DNA of 64,000 bases, from NCBI RefSeq assembly GCF_009914755.1, contig NC_060939.1; one strand, 5' to 3'. A program made the position numbers and the translations under genes. Source of the DNA: the human T2T-CHM13v2.0 reference genome, Homo sapiens. This document shows positions 1 through 13,870 of this stretch, in pieces. The notes below the pieces were generated by a model that saw only the letters and a program-made list of their open reading frames with translations, ran no database searches and was not told where the DNA came from. How positions within the stretch are numbered: position 1 is the first letter of the stretch; each line of letters starts with the position of its first letter.

Positions 1-3000
1 AGACAGGCAAAACCCAATCCAAGGAAACTAAGATCACAATAGGACAATACAGGAGCTAAGAAATACCCAGTATAAAAAAGAACCTAACAGATCTAACAGG
101 GCTAAAAAACACACTAAGAATTTCACAACACAATCACAAGTATTAACAGAATAGACCAAGCTGAGGAAAGAATCTCAGAACTTGAAGGCTGGCTTTCTGA
201 AATAAGACTGACAAAAATAAAGAAAAAGGAATGAACAAACCTCCGAGAACTGTGGGATTGTGTAAAGAAGTCAAATCTGTGAATCACTGGCATCCCTGAA
301 AAGGATGGGCAGAAAACAAACAACTTGAAAAAATACTTCAGGATAGTATCCATGATAACTTTCCCAACCTTGATAGAGAGGCCAGCAGTCAAATTCAGGA
401 AATACAGAGAACCTCTGCAAGATTCTACACAAGAAGATCAACCCCCAAGACATGTAATCATCAGATTTTCCAAGGTTGAAATGAAAGAAAAAATGTTGAA
501 GGTAGCTTTAATAGAGAGAAAGGGCAGGTCACCTACAAAGGGAACCTCATAAAGCTAACATCAGACCTCTCAGCTACAAGCCAGAAGAGACTGGGGGCCT
601 ATATCCAACATTCTTAGAGAAAAAAAATCTTCAACCAAGAATTTCATATCCAGCCAAACTAAACTTGGTAAGCAAAAAAGAAATAAGGTCCTTTTCAGAT
701 AAGCAAATGTTGAGAGAGTTTATGACTACCAGACCTGCTTTACAAGAGATCTTGAAAGCAGCACAAAATATAGAAAGGAAGAACTGCTACCAACCAATAC
801 AAAAACACACTTAAATACACAGATCAGGGACACTATAAAGCGGCCACACAAACAAGCCAGCATAATAACCAGCTAACAACAACATGATAGGATCAAATTC
901 ACACGTATTGCTAACCTTGAATGTAAATGGGCTAAATGCCCCCACTTAAAAGGCACAGAGTGGCAAGTTGGATTAAAAAAAACAAGACCCAATGGTATGC
1001 TGTCTTCAAGAGACCCATATCACACATAGAGACATGCATAGGCTCAAAATAAAGGGATGGAGGGAAATCTACCAAGCAAATGGAAATCAGAAAAAAAGGA
1101 GTGGTTACAATCCTAACTTCAGACAAAACAGACTTTGGGCCAACAAAGATCAAAAAAAGACAAAAAAAAGGGCATTACATAATGATAAAAGATTCAATTC
1201 AACAAGACCTAACTATACTAAATATATATGCACCCAACACAGGAGAAGCACCTAGATTCATAAAGCAAGTTCTTAGAGACCTACAAAGAGACTTAGACTC
1301 CCACACAATAAGAGTGGAAGACCTCAGTACTCCACTGGCAGTGTTAGATCGTCAAGACAGAAAATTAACAAAGATATTCAGGGCCTGAACTCAACATTGT
1401 ACCAAATGGATCTGATAGATCTCTACAGAACTCTCCAACCAAAAACACAGAATATACATTCTTCTCATTGCCACATGGCACACATACTCTAAAATCAACC
1501 TCATAATTGGACATAAAACAATCCTCAGCAAATGCAAAAAGAACTGAAATCATACCAAACACACTTTCAGACCACAATGTAATAAAAATGGAAGTCAAAA
1601 CTAAGAAAATTACCCAAAACCATGCAACACATGAAACTAAACAACATGTACTTGAATGAATTCTGAGTAAATAATGAAATGAAGACAGAAATCAAGGAGT
1701 TCTTTGAAACTAATGAGAACAAAAGATACAACATACCAGAATCTCTGGGATCCAGCTAAGGCAATGTTAAGAGGGAAATTCATAGCACTAAACACCCACA
1801 TCAAAAAGTTGGAAAGATCTCAAATTAACAATCTAACATCACAACTAAGAGAATTACAGAAGCAAGAGCAAATCAACCCCAAAACTAGCAGAAGACAAGA
1901 TATAAACAAAATCAGAGATGAACCAAGGAAATCAAGACATGAAAAACCTTTCAAAAGATCAATAATCCAGGAGTCGGTTCTTTGAAAAAATTAATAAGAT
2001 AGGCCACTAGCTGGACTAATAAAGAAGAAAAGAGAGAATATCCAAATAAACACAATTGGAAATGTCATGTTACCACTGACCCCACAGAAATAAAAATAAC
2101 CATCAGAAACCGCTATGAACACCTCTGTGCATACAAACTGGAAAACCTAGAAGAGATGGATAAATTCCTGGACACATACTCCCTCCCAAGACTGAACCAG
2201 GAACAAACTGATTCTCTAAATGGACCAACAATAAACTCTGAAATTGAATCAGTAATAAGTAGCCTACCAACCAAAAAAAGCCCAGGACCAGAAGGATTCA
2301 CAGCCAAATTCTACCAGATATACAAAGAAAAGCTGGTACTATTCCTACTGAAACTATTCCAAAAAATTGAGGAGAAAGAACTCCTCCCCAACTCATTCTA
2401 CGAAGCCAGTATCATCCTGATACCAAAATCTGGCCGAGACACAACACGAAAAGAAACTTCAGGCCAGTATCTTTGATGAACATTGACACAAAAATCCTCA
2501 ACAAAATACATGCAAACCAAATTCAGCAGTACATTAAAAATCAAGTAGGCTTCATCCCCGGGATGCAAGGTTGCTTCAGCATAGGCAAATCAATAAATGT
2601 GATTCAACACCTAAACAGAACTAAAGAAAAAAAAAAACCACATAGTTATCTCAATGGATGCAGAAAAAGCTTTCGATATAACTCAACATATCTTCACGTT
2701 AAAAACTCTCAATAAATGAGATATTAAAGGAACATACCTCAAAATAAAAAGAGCTATCTATGACAAAGCCACAGCCAACATCATACTGAAAAGGGAACAG
2801 CTGGAAGCATCTCCCCTGAAAACTGGCATAAGACAAAGATGCCTTTTCTCGCCACTCCTATTCAATACAGTATTGGAAGTCCTGGCAAGAGCCATCAGGC
2901 AAGAGAAAAAAATAAAGGGCATCCAAATAGGAAGGGAGGAAGTCAAAATATCCATTTGCAGATGACTTGATTCTATGTATCTAGAAAACCCATAGTCTCA

Positions 3001-3074
3001 GCACAAAAGCTCCTTAGCTGATAAACAACTTCAGCAAAGTTTCAGGATATAAAATCACCACACAAAAGTCACTA

Positions 3075-3502
<428 letters not shown>

Positions 3503-3750
3503 TTACAAAACACTGCTCAAAGAAATCAGAGATGACACAAACAAATGGAAAAACATCCCATGCTCATGAATAGGAAGAATCAATATCATTAAAACAGCCA
3601 TACTGCCCAAAGCAATTTACAGATTCAATGCTATTCCCATCAAACTACCAATGACATTCTTCACAGAATGATAAAAAACTATTTAAAATTCATGTGGAAC
3701 CAAAAAAACACCCAAATAGCCAAGGCAATCCTAAGTTTTAAAAAAAACAT

Positions 3751-4103
<353 letters not shown>

Positions 4104-5490
4104 CTATAAGGCTACAGTAACCAAAACAGCATGGTACTGGTACAAAAACAGACACAAAGATCAATGGAACAGAAGAGAGAGCCCAAAAATAAGGCCACAC
4201 ACCTACAACTATCTGATCTTTGACAAGACAAAAACAAGATATGGAGAAAGGACTCTCTATTCAACAAATGGTGTTGAGATAACTGGGTAGCCATATGCAG
4301 AAGACTGAAACTAGTTCCCTTCCTTACACCATATACAAAAATCAACTCAAGATGGATTAAAGACTTAAATGTAAAACCCAAAACTATAAAAATCCTGGAA
4401 GACAACTGGCAATACCATCCTCGACATAGGAACATGCAAAGATTTCTTGACAAAGACACCAAAAGCAATTGACACAAAAGCAAAATTTGACACATGGCAT
4501 CTAATTAAACTTAAGAGCTTCTGCACAGCAAAAAAAAAAAAAAAAGTAAACAACTTACAGAATGGGAGAAAATTTTTGCAAACCATGCATCTGACAGAGG
4601 TTTAATATCTGGCATCTATAATAAATGCAAACAAATTTACAAGATAAAAACAAACAACCCCATTAAAAAGTAGGCAAAGAACACAAACTCTATTCTAAAG
4701 AAGTCATACATGCAGCCGATAAGCATATGAAAAAAAGCTCAGTATCACTGTTCATCAGAGAAACGCAAGTCAAAATCACAATGAGATACCACTTCACACC
4801 AGTCGGAATGGCTATTACTAAAAAGTCAAAAAAATAACAGATCTTGGCAAGGTTGTGGAGATAAGAGAATACTTACACGCTATTGCTGGGAGTGTAAATT
4901 AGTTCGGCCATTATGGAAAGAAGTATGGCGATTCCTCAAAGAGCTAAAAACAGAAATACCATTCAACCCAGCAATCCCATTACTGGGTATATTACCAGAG
5001 GAATATAAATCATTCTACCATAAAGACACATGCACGTGAATGTTCACTGCAGCACTATTCACAATAGCAAAGAAATGGAATCAACCTAAATGCCCATCAA
5101 CAACAGACTGGATAAAGAAAATTTGGTACATATATATGATGGAATACTATGTAGCCATAAAAAAGAACAAGATCATGTATTTTGCTGGAACATGAATGGA
5201 GCTGGAGGCCATTATCCTTAGCAAACTATCGCAGAAACAGAAAACCAAATACTGCATGTCCTCACTTACAAGAGCTAAATTATAAGAACTCATGAACACA
5301 AAGAAGGGAACAACAAACAGAGGGGCCTCCTTGAGGGTGGGAGAAAAAAGAGAAAGAGGAAAAATAACTATTGGGTACTAGGCTTCATACCTGCGTGATG
5401 AAATAATCTGTACGACAAACCCCCATGAAACGAGTTTACCTATATAACAAACCTGCATATGTACCCCTGAACCTAAAATAAAGGTTAAAA

Positions 5491-5626
5491 TACATATACA
5501 TATATAAGAAATATATACATGTATATGTGTATATATGTGCATATAAGTATATATTTTTATATGTATATATTAAAAACATACATATATGTATATATTTTTA
5601 ACTTTTTTTACATATATATGTATATA
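5491..5626. repeat. (TA)n-rich low-complexity tract
   Basis: Degenerate TA/TATG repeats after the L1 tail. Confidence 0.85.
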
Positions 5627-5787
5627 AAATCATTGGTGCCTTTGTGTGTGGGGATGGGGGATTCTTTGTGAACTCACAATGACATCACGATTAGAAGCCC
5701 ATGTTTTTCTCATATGAAATTGTATTTTACATAATACATACTATAAACTTAAAAATATCAAAATAATTGTCCAAAAAATCAAAAGTT

Positions 5788-5945
5788 AGCCAGGCACAGT
5801 GGTGTACACTTGTGGTCCCAGCCACTCTGGAGGCTGAGGTGGGAGAATTACTTGAGCCCAGGAGGTCAAGTCATTCTGTGAGCTCTGATTGTACCACCGT
5901 ACTCAGCCTGGGCAACAGTGAGACCTTATCTCAAAAAATTAAATT
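5788..5945 (+). mobile_element. Alu monomer (right arm / FRAM-like)
   Basis: Single diverged Alu arm. Confidence 0.8.
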
Positions 5946-6217
5946 AAATTAATAAAATAAAATAACAACACATATGAAAATAACTATGGATTAAAAAGCT
6001 AACTATAATTATGCTAAACACTTTCAAAAGATAAAGTAGGCTTGTGTTGTCCAAAATTTTATTAGAGCTATTTAAAATTTTTGTAGTCCAAATATCTTTA
6101 CCATCCTACAACCTAAAGGCATCATTATATCAAGAAAGAAAATCATAAAAGAACTGGCAAACATTGAAGGCATAGCAGAGGAGCTAAGAGCATAAACTGT
6201 GGAAATTAACCGCTGAG

Positions 6218-6530
6218 GGCTGAATGTGGTGGTTCATGCCTATAACCCCAGCACTTTGGGAGGCCAAGGCAGGTGGATCCCTTGAGGCCAGGAGTTTGGG
6301 ACCAGCCTGGCCAACATGGTGAAACCCCGTCTCTATTAAAAATACAAAAATTAGCCGGGCATGGTGACACATGACTGTAGTTCCAGGTTCTGGGGTGGCT
6401 GAGGCATGAGAACTACTTGAACCCAAGAGGAAGAGGGTTCAGTGAGCCAAGATCACACCACTGCACTCCAGCCTGGGCAACAGGATGAGACTGTCTCAAA
6501 GAAAAAAAAAAAGTTAAAAAAAAAAAAGAA
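6218..6530 (+). mobile_element. Alu (AluS/J), followed by a MIR fragment to ~6710
   Basis: Alu dimer; MIR core ctgggttcaaaccctggctgtgtcatttactagc. Confidence 0.9.
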
Positions 6531-6875
6531 AAAAATTAACTGCCTGGGTTCAAACCCTGGCTGTGTCATTTACTAGCAAGTTACATGCCTTCTCTCTGTC
6601 TCAGTTTCTTTTTGGAACAAAACTTCAATGTAAGTGAGGATAACTGTAATGCTTACGTCGAAGGGTACAAGAACCAAACAAATTAATATCTGTAAAGTAT
6701 TTAGTACAAGTAAGTCACACTGATTACCATATACACATTTGTTTTTAAAAAGTACATTAAATTTTTATTTAGATAAATAATATTCAAATCCTGCAAAATA
6801 AGATTTTCATAATTTATAATACATTCAGAAATTGAAATTAAAAGTAAATAAGTAAAAAAGTTATAGATGCTGTAC

Positions 6876-6946
6876 CTGTTTAGTAGTTTTATGAGTGCCT
6901 TGAATGGTCCTCTTAGATTTTCCACCAGTTTGACATTTAGGTTTTC
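6876..6946 (-). CDS. SCAPER: SCAPER exon 4 (71 nt): (G)KPKCQTGGKSKRTIQGTHKTTKQ
   Basis: Acceptor TTTTTTCTTGCCTTGAAG|GA, donor CAG|GTACAG, phase 1 to 0; peptide visible within ORF 6861..7067. Confidence 0.96.
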
Positions 6947-7529
6947 CTTCAAGGCAAGAAAAAAATAAATATGTAGATATACAGAATGATAGATAGTATA
7001 AAATTGAACTACAGGTAATTAGATAATGTAAACCTAAACTACGCAAATCATTCAGGCATACTAACATTTAATCTCCTTCCAGAGACCACAGTATAGTACA
7101 GTCTGTTCATGGTCAGTATAAACCGATATAATTAAAACAACAACAACAACAAATTTCCAAAGTCCCAGAGACTGCTATTATTGAATACCTTTCTCTGAAT
7201 AGGAATAAATCAACATCTTAAAGAAGTCAGATACTCTGACAACTTTTAAAAACAAAGTCCAGTTACTGGTACTCCTCAACTTGTATATAAATCTGGAAAT
7301 AGTTCTTTAAGTTCAAATTTCATTTCAACAATAAAATTAAGACTATATGTTTTCTATATAAAACCCCAATATTTTGTTTTATCTGATATATGAAATGCAC
7401 AATTTCACTGCGAAAAGTGAGGTTTCAGTTCTTTATATTTTTTCACTCATTCTTTTTTATAAGAAAGACACCAACTACTGTTTTGTAATTACTATTCTCA
7501 ACAGCAATTCAAAACAGAAATAAAATTCT

Positions 7530-8199
7530 TTTTTTTTTCTTTTATTTTAGGTACAGGGGTACATGTGCAGGTTTGCTATACAGGCAAATTACGTTTCACA
7601 GGGGTTTGGTGCACAGATTATTTTGTCACTCAGGTAATTAGCATAAGTAACTGATAGGTAGTTTTTCAATCCTCACTCTCCTCCCACCCTCTACCCTCAA
7701 GTAGGCCCTGTTGTCTTTTGCTCCCTTCTTTGTGTCCATGTATATGTACTCAATGTTTAGTTCCCACTTATAAATGAGAACGTGCAGTTTTTGGTTTTCT
7801 GTTCTTGCATTAGTTCACTTAGGATAATGATCTCCAGCTCCATCCATATTGCTGCAAATAACATGATTTCATTCTTTTTATGGCTACGTAGTAGTCCATG
7901 GTGTATATATGTACCACATTTTCTTTATCCAGTCTACCATTGATGGCCATTTAGGTTGATTCCATGTTTTTGCTGTTGAAAGTAGTGCTGTGATGAACAT
8001 ACACATACATGTATCTTTATGGTAGAACAATTTATATTCTTTGAGTATATACTCAGTAATTAGACTGCTGGGTCAAATGGTAGTTCTGTTTTCAACTCTT
8101 TGAGTAATCACCAAAAGTGCTTTCCACAATGGCCAAACTAATTTACATTCTCACCAGCAGTGTGTAAGTGTTCCTTTTTCTCTGCAACCTCTCCAGCAT
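7530..8199 (-). mobile_element. L1PA15/16-like 3' end, 5'-truncated
   Basis: Poly-T then reverse L1 3'UTR; TSD ttcaaaaYagRaataaaattct. Confidence 0.9.
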
Positions 8200-8779
8200 T
8201 TCAAAATAGGAATAAAATTCTATAATGTATAACAGAATAATTTTCCTTTCTGCAAAGTAATTTTGGGGCCAGGTCCCCTGAAGCAATATAAGTGAGCCAT
8301 AACACACAGGTACCTAACTATCAACTTATCTGACATAAGTGGGACACCCTCACTGTTCCACCAGGGGTAAAGGGAGAGAATGCTACACTAACCTACAGAG
8401 CCACATCCTTTAATTATAAAAAACAATCTACCAGCAAGTTTTCTTAGAATATCCAGCAGAAAAACCAGCTTAGAATAAGCACAAGCTGTAATGTACCAGC
8501 AGGTTTTTAGAATATCCAGCAGAAAAACCAGCTTAGAAACAGAAATAATACAAAGCAGAGAACTTTTTTTAAGTGGAATTATCCTCAGAAACACCTAAGT
8601 ATATATTGTAGTCATAAAACAAGAACAAGCTGCTATTAAAAACTTAGTCTTTAATTGCCTATATGTGGCAAAGTTTTAACAATATAAAATAATCCTTAAC
8701 AAAAATTGTAAATGTTAATATTCTTCTTTTGTCATCATTACTACAGATATTCAGAAAGTTCTAATTATCTGTGCTTACA

Positions 8780-9081
8780 GTTTTTTGGGTTTTGTTTTGT
8801 TTTGTTTTGTTTTTTTGAGACAGAGTCTCACTCTGTCCCCCAGGCTGGAGTGCAGTGGCGCGATCTCGGCTCACTGCAACCTCTGCCTCCCAGGTTCAAG
8901 CCTCCCGGGTAGCTAGGATTACAGGCACCCACTGCCATGCCCCGCTAATTGTTTTGTATTTTAGTAGAGACGAGGTTTCACCATGTTGCCCAGGCTGGTC
9001 TCGAACTCCTGAGCTCAGGCAATCCACCTGCCTCAGCCTCCCAAAGTGCTAGGATTACAGACGTGAGCCACTGCGCCCAGC
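8780..9081 (-). mobile_element. AluS with a small internal deletion
   Basis: Reverse Alu; TSD ctgtgcttacagtttt. Confidence 0.95.
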
Positions 9082-9489
9082 CTGTGCTTACAGTTTTATT
9101 GTTACAATAGTCACAAATGAAGCTTTAAAATTGTACTGGCCAATTATTTATGTTCTTGTATGAAAAATCGGGTTATGTACAGATGTTTGATTATTATATT
9201 TTCTTTCCTTTGTTTTTTGAATAGAAACAACTTTAATAGAAACACCTTTGAACTATTTTGTGTTCAGAATAACCCATGGAAAATGAGAGAATACAATTTC
9301 ATATAAAAATATTTATAATATACAGAATTTTTTTTACTTTTGTAATAAATCATGTTGATATGTACTTTTATCAAAGAAATGAAGTAATAGCTCCTTGTGG
9401 AAAGATTAGCTGTTAAGAAGCTGAATTTCAAAAGATAAATCCAATTTTCCCCTCTATTTGATAGTTTTTGTGATTCAAAACAATGTTCT

Positions 9490-10560
9490 CTAAAAATAGC
9501 TAGGAAAACTGAGAAAGAAAAGCTACAGGGGAAGACAGGTCCAAGCAGGCATTTAAAAATACTATAATGCCTCCATAATTAAAATAGTATGACACACATG
9601 AATTAGGTAAACAGACTAGTAGAATGGAATACATATGGAAATTCACTCTACAGAAAAGGTGGAATCAAAAATAACTGGGGCAAAGATAAACTTTATAACA
9701 AGTTATGCTGAGGCAACTTGTTAGCTATAAGGAAAAAGATAAAATTAGATCCGTACCACACACTATATGTAAGAATAAACTACAAATGGATCAGAGGACC
9801 AAATGTAAAAAAGATAAAGATTTAAAACATTCTTTAAAGAAAATTTTAAATAAAATAAAATGTAAACATAAATTTAAGAGAATAAAACAGGTGAATTCTT
9901 GTTTAGCTTGAAACATCTTGTGTAAAGATGTTCTCAAAGAATGGAAACATGATTAGAACATGTAAGGAACAGGAGCCAAGTTAAAGGGTCTCCCATTTGA
10001 AAAATTGAGAAGAATTTAAGCATCAAAATAGAGTAACTGTACCCCATTAAATACCATAAGAAGCCATGAGTCCACACAAACTGAAAATATAAATACATAC
10101 ATAAATACATACATACATAAAAATAAAGAGGAGATGGTAAAGCTCTTCCTTATATTAGAAGGCTAACAAATGCAGAAGGAATGATGGAGTTGTTAACAAA
10201 TCACCACTTTGCAACCACCAGAGGTATAACATAAGCCAAGGATTATCAATAGAAGCTAAAAAGTAGTGAGTGTACTGTTTCAACAAAAACAGGATATTTA
10301 CATAGTTTCAAACTATCTTACCACAAATTACTCATTAGTTACATAGGAAAAAATTAGTTACTTTACAGTAGAGAAATTTGGCAGACAACACTTAAAGCAA
10401 TTGATTAAATTAACGAGACAGTTATCACGAACCTCCTCTGATAACTGAAAAGGACACATCATTTCTATAGAATTCCTACTAAAAACACCTACCTGAATCT
10501 AGTCATGAAAAGATACCAGACAAACCTAACTGTGAGGAATATTCTACAAGCTCTCAGAAA
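9490..10560 (+). mobile_element. Ancient L1M (L1MC/ME-like) fragments
   Basis: Degenerate ORF2 3' end and L1MC-type 3'UTR motifs. Confidence 0.55.
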
Positions 10561-10828
10561 ATTTCAAAGTGAGGTATGCCAACCTCCTGTCTTCTGTATC
10601 TCTATCCAATCTTCAACATCCTCAAAACAGTGGCTTCACACTGCCTCTAGCCATTAAAGGGAGGGTAGAGATGATTTTTTTTCTTGTTCAAATAATAATA
10701 ATGAGAACTAAAGAAATATCTTCTATTTTCTAAAGTATTACATTAAATTGCACCTAATTATGGTAAATATGATTTTTAAAAAACCTCCTTTTATTTTTAT
10801 AAGAATTTAATAAAAGAAAAAACCTAAA

Positions 10829-11208
10829 TGTATTAGTCCATTTTCATACTGCTTATAAAGAACTGTCTGAAACCAGGTAATTTATAAAGGAAAGGGCTCT
10901 AATTGACTCACAGTTCAGCATGGCTGGGGAGGCCTCAGGAAACTTGCAATCATGGTGGAAGGAGAAGGGCAAGCAAGGCGCCTTCTTTACAAGGCAGCAG
11001 GAAGGAGAAGTACCGAGCTTAGGGGAAAGAGCCCCTTATAAAACCATCACATTTCATGAGAACTCACTCACTGTCACGAGAACAGCATGGGGGAAACCAC
11101 CCCCATGATCCAATTACCTCCACTTGGTCTCTCCCTTGACACGTGGGGATTATGGGGATTATAATTCAAGGTGAGATTTGGGTGGGGAGACAAAGCCTAA
11201 ACATATCA
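10829..11208 (-). mobile_element. THE1D-like solo LTR (ERVL-MaLR), same sense as SCAPER
   Basis: Termini TGATATG...GGACTAATACA on the minus strand; perfect 5-bp TSD ctaaa. Confidence 0.93.
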
Positions 11209-11471
11209 CTAAATCTCTTATCACTTTAACAACCCCTAATCTGCTGGTCATAATAACACAATAAACCCAATTTCAAATTTCACTATTATCTGAAAAAGCA
11301 AAACTAACAATAAGGCCATGTGTGTATAAAAGCAACAAAAAAGTATTTCTTATTTAACATACTAATCAGCCCTAGAAGTCTAATTGCAAACAGTTTTCAG
11401 TCTATCTCTTTAGGACTAAATACACCCTCCTTATTTACAACAAAAATGAAACTAATTTTTTAAATACATAC

Positions 11472-11589
11472 CATCATCATCTTTGCTTTCTAGTGGAACA
11501 CTCCAAGCTATTAGGTTTCTTGCTGTACGACCCTCCTCTGCAACTATTCTCCTTACTTTGTCATGACTATTGGAGCGCTGGAATGAAGC
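11472..11589 (-). CDS. SCAPER: SCAPER exon 3 (118 nt): ASFQRSNSHDKVRRIVAEEGRTARNLIAWSVPLESKDDD(G)
   Basis: Acceptor TCTTTTCCATACATAG|GCT, donor GATG|GTATGT, open frame, phase 0 to 1. Confidence 0.96.
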
Positions 11590-12689
11590 CTATGTATGGA
11601 AAAGATGGTACTTATTAGATTATTAGATAAGTCAAAATATATATTTAACAAAGTCATTATTTCTCACATTTTTCTCAGAAAGAAAACACTTAAAACTAAT
11701 TTGGGATGTGGTGGGTGGTTAAACAGAGAAAAGGAAGTCACAAGTCTTTTTTAGATCTAAAAACACTGAGTTTTGTAACTCTAAAAAATAAACAAATTAT
11801 TTAAATAATAAATATAATCTAAGGTTTGAAAAAGTGGCCTAAAGAGCACCAACACTGCTGTGGACTAATATCTGCACCATCCCTTACATATCAACAAGTC
11901 CAAGTGTGAAAGAGACCAGTTTTCACAAACATCCTATATATTTCCCCTAAAAGACCTCTTCAGCATAAAATATTTTGGAAAACGCTTTTTTTAATTCTCT
12001 AGAGATTGCGCTAAAGTAAGTCAACATTCCATTTTTAGCTACATAATTTTATCTCCAAGTTATCAGGATTCAAATAATAATTGCTGTTAACAGGTAAATT
12101 TAAATTGCAATTTTTAAAACTCAAACTATTGCACAGAACATACGTAATTTCTTGCTTGCTCTAGCCCTGCCTGGCCTAAGAACACGGGCCTAAGATTCAG
12201 CCCCACCAACACCCTGTGCCAGCTGGGAGCCAGGTCCAGTAAAATAAAGGAAATTGCCTCCCCACTAATGAATGTCGTATCAAAATAGTCTGTTTTTATA
12301 AGCCAAGTATCTATGAGAAGAAAGAGATCATAAAACACCCATGTGAACACGAGGATGCAGCCTCCTTATCTAATCCTTAAATCTGTGTGGGAAACCTGCC
12401 TCTTTGTGAAACAAGTTCACCACTGGGCCAGCCCAAAATCCCAGTCCAATTAGTAGGTGCCTCCCTGCCCTCCTATAGTTCTTGCCAGCCTGGACTTTTA
12501 GCATTCCTGGAATCCTAAAGCGCAATACATTTAACGAGGCAATTACTATGTGCAAAAGCATCAAGTAAGAGACTGAGGAGAATATAAAGAAAAATATAAA
12601 TATATAAAGTATTGTGCTTGTCCTCAAAGAGCTAACAATCCAAGTAAATGAAGCAAACATGTAAGAGTAAAAAATAATATATGAATTAA

Positions 12690-13165
12690 CAAGTATGGTA
12701 GGTAGTCTTCAAAGATGCCTCCCTTGGCCCCAGAAAACCACACCTGCTGGTGTTCATGCCCTCATGTAATCCACTCCCCGTGAATATGCCTCTGTAACTT
12801 GCTTTCTGACCAATAAAATGCGGCAGAAGGGACACTGCATAACTTCTGAGACTAGGTCATCAGAAGCTTTGCAGCCTCCACCTGAGTCTCTTAGAATGCT
12901 CCCTCTTAGGGCAGTCACTCTTAAAATCCAGCTGTCATGCCATGAGAAGCCCAAGCCACAAGTAGAGAGACCACACATGGGCAGCACTCTGGTTGACAGG
13001 CCCTAGCTGAATTCCCAGAGGACAGCATCCTCTACCCACTGTGTGAGTGAGCCATTTTGGACATTCCAGCCCAGCTGAGCCCCTAGAAAACTGCTGCCAT
13101 GCCAGTACCCAAGCCAACATCACATCACAAAAATCACCCAGTCAACTCACAGAATGAGATAATAG
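12690..13165 (+). mobile_element. MLT1 (F/G/H-like) LTR
   Basis: MLT1 motifs ggtgttcatgccctcatgtaatcc and ttctgaccaataaaatgcggcagaag. Confidence 0.7.
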
Positions 13166-13704
13166 GAACTAGATGAATGCACCCTAACACACAATATACA
13201 CACCTGGATCTATTTCTATACAGATATTAAAAACCGTGAGTTTATACTGATTGATTTCAATCCTAAGCCACGGGGCTCATTTTAGCCTTTCGCTTTGCTT
13301 GTCTGAAACTTCTTTCTCCAACATAAGATCCCCAGTTTTCATTATCTACAACTTATTTACTTATCTGTTCAATTCTAATATACACATAAAGTAGTTTCAA
13401 AGTTGCTAACCCATACTCCTATGAGAAACACATTTACTAACTACATTACAGCATTTACGTATGGTTCTTATCTTTAACCTTACAATATCCAAAGTACTGT
13501 TTGCCAAAATCATGTAATTAGTTCTCATCTTCACCTGGGAGTATGTTACTATTTGCCTTCCAGTTTGGATTCTCCCCACCCACTGGTTAATTTTTACTCT
13601 TTTGGGGAATATGTGAAGAAAAAGCAATACATTATTTTCAAATGAAGGAAATTAATGAGTAGCATCACTTCAGGGAAAGAAAAAAAAGTCACTATAGTAC
13701 ACTC

Positions 13705-13870
13705 TAGAGCAAGGGTCAGCAAAGATTTTCTACAAAGGGCCAGATAATAATTTTTTTTTTTTTATTTTAGGCTTTGCAGGCCATAAGACCTCTGTAACAA
13801 CTACTCAATTTTGCCATTTTATGTGAAGCAGCCATAGTCAGTATGTAAACAAACAATGTGGCTGTATGGT
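13705..13870 (+). mobile_element. MER58A-like hAT-Charlie DNA transposon
   Basis: caagggtcagcaaa...aaagggccagata...ttaggctttgcaggcca. Confidence 0.75.

Noticed and set aside
9130-9490. AT-rich stretch resembling a retrocopied 3'UTR (AATAAA at ~9344)
   Set aside because: No poly(A) tail, TSD or identifiable parent gene; a BLAT search would be needed
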